Source of the DNA: Peribolospora baueri
Taxonomy: Eukaryota
Assembly: GCA_029717555.1 (NCBI GenBank)
Contig: JAMDHS010000001.1
Location: 124,001 to 188,000 of the forward strand
Direction: 5' to 3'
DNA: 64,000 nucleotides
The notes beneath the pieces are model-generated. The model was not told the DNA's origin, did no database searches, and was given only the letters and a program-made list of their open reading frames with translations. How positions within the stretch are numbered: position 1 is the first letter of the stretch; every line of letters starts with the position of its first letter. Shown in pieces: positions 49,889-63,503 of this stretch. The position numbers were made by a program, and so were the translations under genes.

Positions 49889-50402
49889 GGTTGCAGATAC
49901 ACCGACACAGTTTGAGGGCCACACGCAATAATCGAACGGAGGACCAGGGCGGCGCTGAGGCAGGAGGTAGAGATCGCCACCGACGGTGGCGCCCGGACGG
50001 CCCGGCTGCCGGGGACGCGACGATCAGGAGCTGTACGCAAGGGTAAGGTCCTTCGACCGGAGAGCGGCGGGTCAAAGCGCGTACAGCGGCGGATGCAGAC
50101 CAAGCCGTGCAGAGCGTTTGGAGGGGGTAGACCGTGACCAAAGGTCTGAGGTGATGGGGGATGGAATGGTGGAGTGCGGTGATGAGTGTCTCCTTTTCTG
50201 GACGGCGACGACGGAGCCCAAGAAGGGCCGTGCTGCGGTAAGCCAAAATAACCCTAACTGGGGTGCCGGCATGGTTGATATCCACGCACCGATCCATACC
50301 CGCGTTTTAGTCACGACGACGATCGCCATCCTTCTCCAACACCTCCAGCTTTGCCTCCAATCAGCCTTATATCTTCGTCGTCTAGAAGAAACATCAGTCA
50401 AG

Positions 50403-51987
50403 ATGGGTGGCGGAGACTTGAGTGAGTATTTGTTTCGCTGGTATGGTCCGATGACGGCCCGACGCTCATTGACATGTTCGCACCCCCCTCGTCGCCACCT
50501 TAATTGACAGACATGAAAAAGTCGTGGCACCCTCTCTTGATGTCCAACCAGGAGAGGGTGTGGAAGGAGGAGAAGCGTGCGCTTGCGGAGCGGAAGAAGA
50601 CAGAGCAACTTCGCAGAGAGTTGGAAGAGGAGCGTCAGATGCAGGAGCTTCAGCGGTTGCAGGAAGAGGCTGGGGGGAAGCAAAAACAGGAGAAGATGGA
50701 CTGGATGTATGCCACTCCAGCCCAGGGAAGCGGTCCTGACGCGGGTGAGCTGGAGGAGTACCTGCTGGGCAAGAAGAGGGTTGACAAGCTCCTTAGGGCC
50801 GGCGATACCGAAAAGGTGAGCTCCCAAGTCTCGTGTTTGCCCTGCCTTACGTAGTCATACGTATATAACGCCAACTAATTTTTTGCTATTGACCCTTTTT
50901 GCAGCTCTCCAACCAGTCCAAGGAGACATTTATTGCCGTGCAGAATGCCAACACTGCCCGCGATACGGCGGCCAAGATTCGGGAAGACCCATTACTCGCG
51001 ATCAAACAACAGGAGCAGCAAGCGTACCAAACCCTTCTCAAGGACCCTTCTCGTCTCCGCCAGCTCCGAGCTGCGCAGGGATTGCCTGTTGACGACGGGA
51101 AGGGAAAGGGCAAGGAAAAGAGCAAGGAGAGACGGAAAGAGGAGAGACGGAGGGAGAAGGAGGAGAGGCGAGCGGAGAAGGAGCGACGAAGGCGAGGCGA
51201 GAGTCCCGATGGTGATCGAAGGGATTGGGATCGGCGGGACGTTGGACACCTTCGGGAAAGGAATCAGGAAGAGGACCTCCGAAGGCATTCACGCCATCGT
51301 TTCCACAGTCGTTCCCCACCACCCTCGGTGAATGTCTCTGGACGAGGCCGGTACGACGACCCTCGGGACCACGATCGGCACGATCGTCCGCGGTCGTCTC
51401 GACGGGATGATGACCGCTATAGCCGCTATGACCGCAAAGATGACGAGCGTCGATCCGGACCCTCATCGTCTCGTCGTTCGATCTCGCCTCCTCCGCGCCG
51501 AAGAGATGATTACGGAGCCAGCCGCAGCTATCACTCTCGGCCTCGTTCAAGTTCGCCTCCGCCGAAGTCTCGGGACGCACACCATGATGGTGGCCGGTCT
51601 GGTCCACAGAGCAATGGACATTCCGGCCACGTTGCTCGGGGATCCGAGCGACGGCCTTCTCCTTCCCCTCGTTCCGGCTCTGCGTCTTCAGCCGCTCCGC
51701 CTGGACCGACGCCGGCGGATCTGGAAGCTCAGCGTGCCGCACGCCTGGCAGCGATGATGTCCAACGCCCAGGCCATGAGCTCCGAGCGCGCCGCTTATGT
51801 CGAACGCATCAAGGCGGAGGAAGCTGCGGAACAAGCTGCCGAGGAGGCGTTGCGGGCCAAGAGGGCCAAGGAAAAGGGTGAGAAGGGTGCTAGCTTCCTG
51901 AGAGCTCAAGAGAAGCTCGTGTGGGGTGGCGAGGGAGGGTTGGGGGAGAGGATGCGCAGAGGCAAGGTCGGGTTGGTCAAGGAGTGA
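50403..51987 (+). CDS. CWC25: Pre-mRNA splicing factor Cwc25
   Basis: [59 protein letters not shown]-rich tail. Confidence 0.95.
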
Positions 51988-52486
51988 TGCCAATTGGTCT
52001 TCCTCGGTCCTCTTGTTCATATCCTGTATAATAGCTGTGTTCTCCTCGTCATCTTCGGAATTTTGTCAACCTGATGCGTCTCGGTTCTTGCTGTCGCTAT
52101 CGCCTAGCAATCGTGATGATCCCTTTTCCCAGATGGAGCCGTCTCATCCACAGGTAACGTCGAAACGAGGAGTCTGGCCAGGCTCCTATCTTCCGCAAAG
52201 AGAAGACAGCCTTTGTGGAGTAAAGCGGCGCAGTCTATTCGCATTTCGTCCTATCCCGCGAATATTAGGGAAGCATGGACGTGCAAGAAAGCTGGCGGGA
52301 GCGGCCCCTCCGAAGTGATCAGCCGGGTGAGGAGGATGTCGTTACCGCAGCGGCTGCTGCACGTGACCGATTTCCTTTATTTCTCGACGCGCCTTTCGTC
52401 GATCCGGCTTTTCCATCCTTCCAACACCCGGCGGGTCTCACTCGCATCCTCTCTTACCCACCCGCACTGCCCGAATAGAGCTGACA

Positions 52487-53292
52487 ATGTCGGATAACGA
52501 AGACGAATACGGTGCTGGGTGAGCGATATATGGTAGCTGTGCTGCCTTCTCGTCGCTAGTGGGTCGACAGATTGGGGTCGGGGCAGGTGAAGCCGAGTGT
52601 GCTCGTCGGCTGACCTTTGGCGTGTCCTTTTCGCTTCTTGCGTCCGTGCCCGTGCATGCATTTTCGGGTCGGCTTCTGTCCCCATAGGTACGACGTGGAT
52701 GGGCCCGTGAGTCGACCGTGGTTGCTTCTTGTCTACTAGGCATCTCAAGGGCCGCGGGGGTGTTCTTTCCGGCCATAACTGACGATCTTATTTTTTTTTT
52801 TCAGGATGACTTCCGCGACGACTTTGATGGGGATCGGACCATTGAAGCTGATGAGACAGCGGAGGATTCTACTCTTCAGAATGGTGTGACGGATCAAGCC
52901 AATGGCATCATCCACTCCGGCGCTGCACCAGAGCATGAGGCGGTCAAGTCTCAGCAGCCGAACGCTGAGAGAGTAACCACTCCGTATTTGACCAAGTATG
53001 AGAAGGCTAGGGTGTTGGGGACCAGGGCTTTGCAGATCAGGTGAGGTTTCGTAGGCATTTGAGGATGCCGGTTGGCGTACCCTCACGTATTTTGTTGCTT
53101 CTCTGGCTGAACCACATCTCTCGACTCTACAGTATGAACGCTCCTGTGCTGGTCCCATTGGAGGGTGAATACGATCCGCTGGAGATCGCGAAGAAGGAGC
53201 TGGCACAGCGCAAGATCCCGCTCGTCATCCGAAGATATCTGCCCGACGGCAGCTTCGAGGACTGGAGCGTAAGCGAGCTTATCGTCGAATGA
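52487..53292 (+). CDS. RPB6: RNA polymerases I/II/III shared subunit RPABC2
   Basis: Acidic N-terminus with a 19-nt microexon (52688-52706). [53 protein letters not shown]. Confidence 0.97.
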
Positions 53293-53667
53293 TCGCACCT
53301 GGCTTGCCCCGTCCTCCTTCCTCCTTTCTATGGTGGCGTCTTCCTCCTCGACGTCCCTTCTTTTCGTTCTCATCTTCCGGTCGGTCCGCTCGCATACGCT
53401 CCCACTTCACCTCTTCCGAACTGTATTATCAACTTGCTGCTTTCGGCGCCGTACATTCGTATCTCCTTTGCGAGGTATCATTATTGGGCAAGGGCCTCGT
53501 GAGTCACCGTGCGCGAGGCTTGCGTCACACTCGAACTCACGGACGCACGGAGCCGATTCCAAACATTCATTGCGGTGCTGCACTCGACCTCTTTAATACT
53601 GTACATGTGGTTCAACACGGTCCGTCCTTTCTGAACGTACAAAAGGACGATTCGATTAAGCACCGCC

Positions 53668-54873
53668 TCACTGCTCTTCCTCGGGATTTGTCCGAAGGGT
53701 ATTGACGAACTCGCGCTTTTGGAGGTAAGAATGGGTAGGAGGACGATCAGAACAGGGCGGGAGCGTGTGACTGGGGATGGAGAAGAGTGACGGATAGCTG
53801 CAACTCACGTAGTTGAAGTTTCCTTGTCGATCGAGGAAGGGCCCGCTGAGGAATTTGTCGATCTACAAGACGGCGTCCATCGACGAATCATCGTCAGCTT
53901 GATTCTGTGCACCGAAAAAACTCAGCTTCCAGAGCACGAGTGAAACAGCACGCTCACCTCCTTGTCGCTCATTCTATCTGCCACCTCGCCTAACCAATAC
54001 CTCAGCTCGGAGGCGTCGATCTTGCCGTCGTCCCGCTCGTCTAAGCACTCGAAAGCTTCGACAAGCTCGCGCTCGTTGTCCAGTTCGGCGAGGTGTTCGC
54101 CCATCATGGTGAGGAACTGCGTAAAGTTGATTCCTGAACTGCCGGATACGGGCATAAGGGAGGAGGAGGAGAAAGCCGCTAATTGGGAGGCTGTAGGAGG
54201 TTTTCCTGGTATGGCCGAAGGGGGGGATCAGCAAGAGCATCTGTCGGATAGAGGATTCATACATAGTGCGGGCGCTGACACAATGCAAATGATGTTATCT
54301 TCCTCGTCGCAGCTCACCGAGGTTCGTTAGCATGACTTTAAGGTCGTCCTCCGTGATGATCCCATCGTTGTTTTGGTCTATCATCGAAAAGGCCTCCTTG
54401 AATTGCTGGATCTGAAGACACGGGCAAGCGCAGAGAAGTACCAGCAGCGCCCTCAGCTACTAAAGAAATTAAGAGGAGATTCCTTTCCATGGCGCTCCCG
54501 TGGGCTGTAGTCGAATTATGCGACTGCGATACCGCTCCTACTCTGCTAGCTTACCTGCTTGGTATCAAACAGGGAGAACTTGGTGACCAGGGTGGGCAGC
54601 ATAAGAATTATCAGTCGTCACCGCAGGAGCTGACAGGACGTCCTGCTGTGCTCGTCTCATGTCGACCTACTCACCACGCCAGACGACTGCCTCGGGTGAC
54701 CAGCATTGCTGCCCGTCGGCCTCCGCCTCTCTGGGTCGACGCTTAGCGTACCGACGTCCTGCGATCGAAATGACAAGCAGATTATCCTTCCAGCTCAGCC
54801 CTGTCGCATTCAGGCGATCGGCCAAGTCCAGTGCAAGTAGTCCTCCAAAATGAGCTCGCTCGTCACCCACCAT
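53668..54873 (-). CDS. EF-hand myosin regulatory light chain-like protein
   Basis: [82 protein letters not shown]...*. Confidence 0.88.
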
Positions 54874-55062
54874 GCTGTCTGTATCTTCGCCCCCAAGCTG
54901 GCAGGTGGATGTTGGTCAACACCGACGCCAGCTTGAGCGCTCTTATTAGGGGCGTGCTCCGCTCGGACGCTCGCTTGTGCTGCGGCATCGATCACTCACC
55001 ACCTGCTCCGCCGGAAGGAACACTTGCACTTGCTCAAGTCCAGTCGAGTCCCAGTAGTGAGC

Positions 55063-58000
55063 ATGTCAAACTCGGCCTTCGGAGACCATATAGACCGGCT
55101 ACTCGCAGGAGGTGATGAGGGGGTCAATGACGTTGCTAGCACCAACGTCGATGTCGATGCTTTTTTCGAGCTCTTGAGCAAGATCGACGAGCAGTGAGTG
55201 CTATCGACCGGACTCATGAGCGCGCCCCATTCCAATTCTCCCCGTCTCTTTCCCTTTTGCCCTTCCAGGATTGACCGTTCGAACTTAGAAGGAGGTGAGT
55301 GTACACAGACGCCGTGAGACGGAAGGAAGAACATTTGGTCCTGATCCAGGCAAGCACGCAACGCCGCTTTTCATCTCGTTTAGACGATTTTGACGTCGAT
55401 GACCCGGGAGCGTCTCTTCTCGATGACATTTTGGCCGGTCGAATATCTCAAGAGGACCTTGAGGAAGAGGGTGTTTTCGACAATGCCACGGCTCCCCTGC
55501 CGGAGGGTGACAAGTCAGAGCTGACGGCGTTGTCGAGGCTGCACGCGTGAGCTCAGCCAGACACATCAGTAGAGCATCATTTCCGGCGCTGATTGGTTTG
55601 TGCCCTGTCACAGGTATTTCGAGAACAGCTTCGCAGATCACGCCGTCGGAGCAACGATGATGTCGGAAGTGACCGACCTTCTCAAGTCACGTCGCTCCGC
55701 CGAGGACATCTCTGGTGCGCTCGTCGAAGTGCTCGGCTTCGAGCAGCTGGACCTCGTCAGCGACGTCCTGTCACAGCGCGAATCAGTCGTACGTGCTTTG
55801 GAGAAGGATGACTCGGCCGTCGAGACGAGAGCGGTAAGGCCGACCAGCCGGACAACAGCGGACCGACAACCGCGTTCTGAACGAGCGGCCAAGCCGTATA
55901 CCCCTGGCTCCCAGGTTGTGGTTCAAACTCGCGAACAAGTCCTAGAAGCGAAGCGGGCCAAGGCAGAGGGCCGTCGACTGGGAAGGAGTAGGGCCGATGG
56001 TGAGTGAGGGCACTGTGCTGGACCTTGTCCATGGCACCAGTCAGAGCGCTGAAACGACACCGCCTCGATTCCGACTAGGGGACGGGGTACAGTACACCCC
56101 TGAACAGCTCGAACGCATGCGCGAGGAGGCCTTGCGTGCGGCGGGAGACCGGCCTTTGTTCACTTCTGAAGGGGTGAGGAACATCGCTTCTTCGAAGTTA
56201 TAGCTGTCTACGACTGACCCTTGTAAATTTCGTCTCGTGTTGCTTGCAGACAAGGGAAGAGCCTGTCTACCCGCACGTCTTTACCTCGGGAGCGGGCGGA
56301 AACACGCTCTCCGTATTCGGAAGCAAGTTCGTCCTTCCAGTGGGCACGACGCGAGAGGAAAAAGAGGTGGGCTTAAGTTGGTCTTTTTCGCCATATGGCT
56401 TCCGGTGACATCGACCTGGCGTTTTCTGTCTCTCGTATCCACAGAATTACGAGGAAATCACCATACCTCCGGCACGCAACGTACCCATGCGCTCCTCGGA
56501 ACGCCTGATCCCGATCAGCGAGCTCGATGGCCTCGCACGTGGCGCTTTCCCTGGCTACAAGACCTTAAACAGGATTCAGAGCGCCGTGTACCCCATCGCG
56601 TACAAGACGAACGAGAATATGCTCGTATGCGCGCCGACAGGCGCGGTGCGTGAAAGCGTCTTCACTTCGTCTTCGCTTACTCTGTTCGCTTACTCTAGTG
56701 TGCGTGTCGTCCCGCTGAAGCTGCCTTGCCTTCCTCCGCTTCTGTCAGGGTAAAACGGACGTAGCGATGCTCACAGTTCTCCGAGTCCTTTCCCAATACT
56801 CTACCGCCAAGCCGAACGCGAAGAGCGCGAGCATGTTCAACATCGCGACGAACGACTTCAAAATCATTTACGTCGCTCCCATGAAAGCGCTGGCCGCCGA
56901 AGTCGTACGCAAGTTTGGCAAGCGGCTCGGGTATTTGGATATCAAAGTGCGCGAGTTGACCGGTGAGTCGTCAACACGCTTGTGAGCTTGACGGTATGCG
57001 CAGCAGAAAAGGCAGGTTCGCTCACCCTCGCTCCTGTATCGTTCAGGTGACATGCAAATGACGAGGGCCGAAATCGCCGAAACGCAAATGGTGAATTCCC
57101 AGTTTCGGGACAGTACCCGAGGCCACGATGTGACATTGACGTTCTGCTTGGGGTCGACCAGATTGTGACGACGCCGGAGAAGTGGGACGTGGTGACACGC
57201 AAGACCACGGGAGAAGGGGAGCTGGCTTCGGTGAGGCTTTGTTCTTCTTCACCTACGCGTTCTCTTCGAATAACGATTTAAGTCAGGCTCACAGACCGCT
57301 TGTGGGTTTCTTCGGTGTTTGTCCACCGCAGAAAGTGAAATTGCTCATCATTGACGAGGTGCACTTGCTGCATGAAGAGCGAGGCGCCGTCATTGAGAGC
57401 ATCGTAGCTCGCACTTTGCGTCAGGTGAGATGCCTGTATCCGATTTCACCCCGTTTCGCTTGCGAACATTGCATCTTTCACCAGGCGCTGACAATTTCTC
57501 TGATGGCATGTCGTGTGCAGGTCGAGTCCAGCCAGAGTTTGATTCGAATTGTGGGCCTGTCAGCCACTTTGCCGAACTATCTTGATGTCGCCGACTTTCT
57601 TAGGTACGTCAACTTCTGGCCTGCTGCATATACAAGAAATCCGGGTGATGAACACAACTTCGTTGTTCGGGTGGCAGAGTCAACCGCTACCAAGGCCTCT
57701 TCTTTTTCGACTCGAGCTTCCGACCTGTCCCGCTGGAGCAGCACTTCATTGGAGTCAAAGGCAAGCCGAATAGCCCGCAGTCCAAAACGAACCTCGACAG
57801 AGCCACGTTCGAAAAAGTGAGAACAGAATGTTCGTGGCTCTTCAGCCGCTGTCTCAAATCTCACTGCTTCTACGTCACTTTTAGGTCTCTGAGCTCGTGC
57901 AGCAAGGTCACCAAGTCATGGTTTTCGTGCATGCTCGAAAGGAGACGGTCAAGACGGCGCAAACCCTGCGAGAGATGGCCGCTGCGGAGGGACTAACGGA

Positions 58001-61000
58001 CTTCTTCGACGACTCAAACAATCCCAAGCGGGACGGCTTCAAGCGCGAAGTTGGCATGAGCAGGAATAGGGAACTGCGCGAGCTGTTCGACCACGGCTTT
58101 GGCATTCATCACGCAGGAATGCTTCGTAGTGATAGGAACCTTAGCGAAAGGATGTTCGAAGCGAACGTGACGAAGGTTGGCTTTCCTACCGGCAGTCTGG
58201 GCTAGGTATCGCTTCCAGCTGATGAAACCCATTCTTTTTCAGGTTCTGTGTTGTACGGCAACTCTGGCGTGGGGTGTCAACCTGCCAGCGTTTGCAGTCG
58301 TCATCAAGGGTACCCAAGTCTATGACAGCGGCAAGGGTGCCTTCGTCGACCTCTCCATCCTCGATGTGTTACAGATCTTCGGTCGTGCCGGTCGTCCTCA
58401 GTACGAGGACCTTGGCATCGGCTACATCTGTACGACACACGATAAGCTCTCGCATTACGTCGACGCGATCTGTACTCAACATCCGATCGAGTCCAAGTGC
58501 GTCTCTGGACGGCACTCACACTTTTTTAAGCGTTTGGTTGGATGACACGACCGCTGATCCTCTCATGCGTCTGTCTTTTTTTAGGTTTGTCAACGGCTTG
58601 GTCGATTCGCTTAATGCCGAAGTCACCATCGGCTCCGTTAACAACATCGACGAAGGCGTCCAGTGGATCGGCTACTCTTTCCTCTTTGTTCGCATGCTTC
58701 GCAACCCGATGCATTACGGCCTCACGCACGACGAGCCAGCAAACGATCAGCGGCTCGGCAGCAAACGGCATTCGTTGATCACTTTGGCGGCGCGCAAGCT
58801 AGCCGCGGCCAAAATGGTTCAATTCGACGAGACGGTGGGCAGTCTGACCATCACTGACCTGGGGCGAATTGCTTCAAAGTACTACATCCCGCATAAGACA
58901 GTCGAAATCTTTAACGAGCAGCTGCGACCGTCAATGAGCGAGGCGGACGTGCTCGCCTTGCTCAGTTTGGCGACAGATTTCGAGCAGATCATGGTCCGTG
59001 ACAGCGAGGAGAAGGAGTTAAAGAAGCTCTTGGAGGCCGCGCCCTGTCAGGTCAAGGTGAGAAACGCCTGGCGACAGCATTTGGTCGCATTCTTTCCTCA
59101 GCTCATTGTCTGATATCAATTCCATTCCGCGCAGGGTGGAACGGAGACGTCGTCTGGCAAGGTCAACGTCCTGCTGCAAGCTTACATATCACGCGCCTAC
59201 GTGGAAGACTTTGCTTTGGTTTCAGACTCGGCCTACGTGGCGCAAAATTCAGGACGTATCATTCGCGCCTTGCTGGAAATGGCGATGGCACACAAATGGG
59301 CTTCGGTCACGGCTGCCCTGTTGTCCATGAGCAAGGGGATCGAGCGGAGAATGTGGCCTTTCGATCACCCACTGGCTCAATGTGGCCTGTCTCCGGAGAC
59401 TATGTACAGCTTGCAGAGGTGGGCGGACGAGGTTGAAATCGCCGATCTTGCCAACATGCCGACCGCGGAGCTCGGCCAATTGATCCACCAGAACGAACGC
59501 TCCGGTTCGTTCGTCAAGCAGGCTGCGCGTCAATTGCCTTGGCTCTCGATCAACTACTATTTGCGCCCGGTTAGCCACAATCTCCTTCGAATCGTCGTGA
59601 AGATTGACAAGGCGTTTGATTGGAGCGACAAGCTACATGGCTCGGCCGAGTCTTTCTGGGTTTGGGTTGAAGACGAAGCCAGCGTCGAGATTTTGCAGTG
59701 GTCTCATGCTGTTCTTCGCCAGTCGACTCCGCCTCTGTCCCTCGCCTACATCCTCTCAATACAAGAACCTGTCCCGAAGCAGCTGCACATTCGCTGGCTC
59801 TCGGATCGTTGGATTGGATCGGAGGATTTGCTAGTGGTGCCTCTCGATCGACTCATTATGCCCGAGCCAGCACAGTCGCCCCTCCCCCTCCTCAATCTAC
59901 CTCTACTGTCTTCCGTCTCCGCCTTCTCCGACCCGGTTTTGAAAGCGCTGTGCTCGCAGTCATTCCCGGCCTTTAACGCCATACAGACACAATGCTTCCA
60001 CACCCTTTACCACACTCAGTCCAATGCGCTCATTTCCGCACCTTCGGCTTCGGGCAAAAGTTCGCTGGGCGAAGTGGCCATTTGGTGAGTCGACGTGCAG
60101 GGAAGAGACCATCGCGAACTGTTTCTAACAGGTCACGTTGTCCAATCAGGCGTGCATTGCGACGGCTGTCGTCTGGAAGCGCGCTCTATTTACTCCCACA
60201 GCGGCATCTAGCCAAACAGCAAGCGATTTTGATGCGATCTCGCTTTGCAGAAGCCATGAACGTTCGCGTGCTCTACGCGTCGTCGGCGTCTGAGTTCGCG
60301 CAAAACTTAGCTATGTCTAGGACGGTGTTGTTCTCGACACCTACAACGGTGATCAGAGCCCTCGCTCGAAAGCAGGGTCTCATCGAAAAGATCCGCAAGA
60401 TCTCTGTGGTCGTAGCCGACGAACTGCATCAGCTCGACTCAGAGTACGAAGTAGTGCTCACGAAGTTGCGACGCCTCGGGGTCGGAATTGGGGTCAGACT
60501 TGTCGGCCTGACTGCTTCACTTGAGGATGCGAGGTCGCTTGAGCAGTGGCTCAATGTTAAACCGACTTCCTCCTACGCCTTTCAGCCAAAGGACCGAGGC
60601 TCACCTCTCCATACCTCCTTCGTACCCTTCAACGTCGCACACTCAATAGCCCTCCTCAAGGCTATGGCGAAGCCCGCCTACGATCGGATCAAGCCAGCCA
60701 TCGTCGCAGGGCCGGCAATTTGTTTCGTTCCATCTCGAGCGCAATGTATTGGTACGGGGGCCGACTTGATCCGTATATCGGCTCAGGAGCTTGCTGCAGG
60801 TGTCTTCCTGAGCGGAGCATCTCAACAAGACGTCGAACCTTATGCCCGGCGACTCGGCAACAGCGCCATCGCAGAGCTGCTCATGCACGGTATTGGCGTC
60901 TTCCACGAGGGTCTCTCTGCGCCCGACATGGAACTGGTCCTTCATCTGTTCGCTTCCGGCGTCCTTCGCGTCCTCATGGTCCCCCGAGATGCCGTATGGT

Positions 61001-62121
61001 CTCTGCCTCCGGTAGCTCGCGCACGCCTAGTCGTCGTGATGGGCACGCAGTACGTTCGCCTCTCGGGTGGTGGCGAACGGACTGTGCAAGACTACACACA
61101 TGCCGAGCTCGTGCGGATGCAGAGTCTCGCGGTGAGGCCCTCAGAAGGCCAGGGCGAGTGCGTGATCATGTGTCAAGCAGCTCAGGCCGAATACCTGAGT
61201 CGCTTATTGCTCATGGGGCTGCCATTGGAGAGCTCTTTGGCGGAGGATGACGGACTGGTGGATATGGTGCTGTCCGAACTGGTCGATGGACGCATCCGTT
61301 CTCGTCAAGACGCCGTGGACCTGACCTCGTGGACATTCTTCTTCCATCGCCTACGGGCCAATCCGTCTTTCTATGACGCCGAAGGCCGCGACATCGAAGA
61401 TATAAACGACCGTCTATCACGCCTAGTGGACGATATATTCGACCGTCTCCTCCATCTTGGCTTGGTCACCGAGTCTCCAGCAACGGTTCGTATCGATGAT
61501 GTCGGCGATGACAGCGTGCAGGCGATCGCAGGAGGACGACAGGTTGAGTTGACGGCGATCGGTAGAGCGATAGCGCAAGCCAATCGCGCCGGTCTCCAGT
61601 CACTTCAGCATCTGCATCAGCAGCTTAGCACGTCTCCGGTGGCATTGCGAGACGCCGTCATCCGGTCTTTCCCATCAGGCTCCGGCAATGACGCGCCTGT
61701 AGCGGATGAGGAAGTGCAAGCTCTCCGTTCACTGTGGATGCGGCTGCCTCACAATTGGAAGCTCAAGCTGAGGTTCGCAGCCAAGGAGGACAAGGACGAC
61801 GCTGAGCAGCCTCATCGAGCACCCGACCGTCCTGCAGCAGAGGTCGAGAAGACGGAAGTCGAAGCATCAGAAGGGGCAGCCACAGCGCGGTCGTCACTGT
61901 CAATCCCGTCGTTCTCAGCTCAGCAGAAGATGGCACTCTTGCTCGCCGTGCATTTCCTACGGCGCCCATTGGAGCCGTCGTCCATCCAGGGAGCACGCAA
62001 CCGTAATTCAACCGTAGACGGTGCGGACCATGAGGTAGTTTCCCCCCGAGTGTGGCGAAACCTCGGTCTGCAACAACAATCAGCCGTGCTGAAACTTCTT
62101 GAGCCTGAGCGATTGCGGTGA
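55063..62121 (+). CDS. SLH1: Ski2-like helicase Slh1/ASCC3 family (Sec63 domain)
   Basis: [103 protein letters not shown], Sec63 region, then a divergent second cassette. The start codon is less certain. Confidence 0.92.
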
Positions 62122-62367
62122 TGCAGTATCATCTTTTACTATCAGTCGTTCGTCTTCACCTGGTTTGAGGAGAAGATTCACATGTACTTGTTGCAACGTT
62201 GCAATACTACGTCGTACTTCCACTTCTGCCAGTTATATGAACAATTGCCACACAATGAGCAATGATAGGGAGGGGGCTTATGGGTGACCAAGCCCCAATC
62301 GTGTAAGGCGCCCTGCCCTGACTTCCTACTTCTGGGGCCCCCGCTCATTCCGTGTGCAGATAAAGCC

Positions 62368-63503
62368 TTACCACTCCTTATCAATAGTTATGGCTTTCTC
62401 CTTGATCTCATCAAGAGGAATGTATCCTCTGCCACCTTGTGACCGTTCTCCCTCTTGCTGCTGTTCCTGTTGCTGCTCCTTCTTTGGGATCCGAATGAGC
62501 AACCGCCCATTCCGATCGATGCGAGCGTCAATGTCTTCAGCCTTTGTGCCCGGCGGGATGGAAAGGGAGCGGCTCCAGTGTCCCTCAGAGATGTACCTGT
62601 GCGGTTTGGGGCAATAGTGGAAAGTAAGGACAAGCAAGCAGAGAAACCCTTAGTTGGAGCCAAGACAAACTGCAGCAAAGTTTTGAGCATGCCCACTCAC
62701 CGGACCTGACTCAAGCCAGGCAGAGGTGTGGCCATACCAATTTCCATCTGCCTCCTCTGAATGGGCGTTAGATCACTCTTCTGGTCCTTCTGCATCTGTT
62801 CAGATTGTTGCTGAGCCCTCTGTTGCCTCTCTTCCCTCTTCTGCTCCTTGGTGTCCATCCTGGCTCCTCCTCCGCCCTCCAGCCTCGCCTGCCTGGACTG
62901 ATCAATGGATGGAGGGCCGTCGATGTCCTTGTCCGAGTCGATTTGCCAGTCACACTCGAGGCTGAGCAACCCAGAGGCCTCGTCCACTTTCACTCGGACA
63001 TCATTTGGAGAGATGGCCCCAGGAAGTTCAAGAGAGATGATCTCTTCTTTTGGCGTGTCTTGAATGGCTGCGTGGACGTGAGGCATAATAGAAAGGTATC
63101 ATTGTTAGTTAAGGCTCACATTACCATTCGTCCTTCACAATAAACGCGGAATGAACGAACTGAGTGAAGGTCCAGGTTTCCCAAGCTGCTGGCTGAGTGA
63201 CTTCAGAGCGGCAGTGAGGGGATCGGCAATGAGCTCCCCCCAGAGCCCATCCCTTCGTGGCCACTGTTCATCGAGCAAAGTGCGCAATGATGGCTCGCCC
63301 AACGGCCGTGAGCCCATTTCATCTGGGCGTCGGCGGAATAGCGAGATCGATGCTGAGCCGCCCAGTTGGCATCTGGCGTTGGTTGGTATCGCCGGGTATC
63401 GCATTCCCCTCGCCGCTGATGCCGCTGCCGTTAGCCAAATGGGACCAGGACGGCAAGCAAGGCCCTGGCAAGCGGTGCGAGATGCAGACGTGTACAAGGA
63501 CAT
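62368..63503 (-). CDS. Small heat-shock protein (HSP20/alpha-crystallin domain) with presequence-like N-terminus
   Basis: Spliced model SL|TIQDTPKEEIISLELPGAISPNDVRVKVD...VR|YISEGHWSRSLSIPPGTKAEDIDARIDRNGRLLIRIPK...AITIDKEW*, with a C-terminal IxI motif. Confidence 0.82.
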
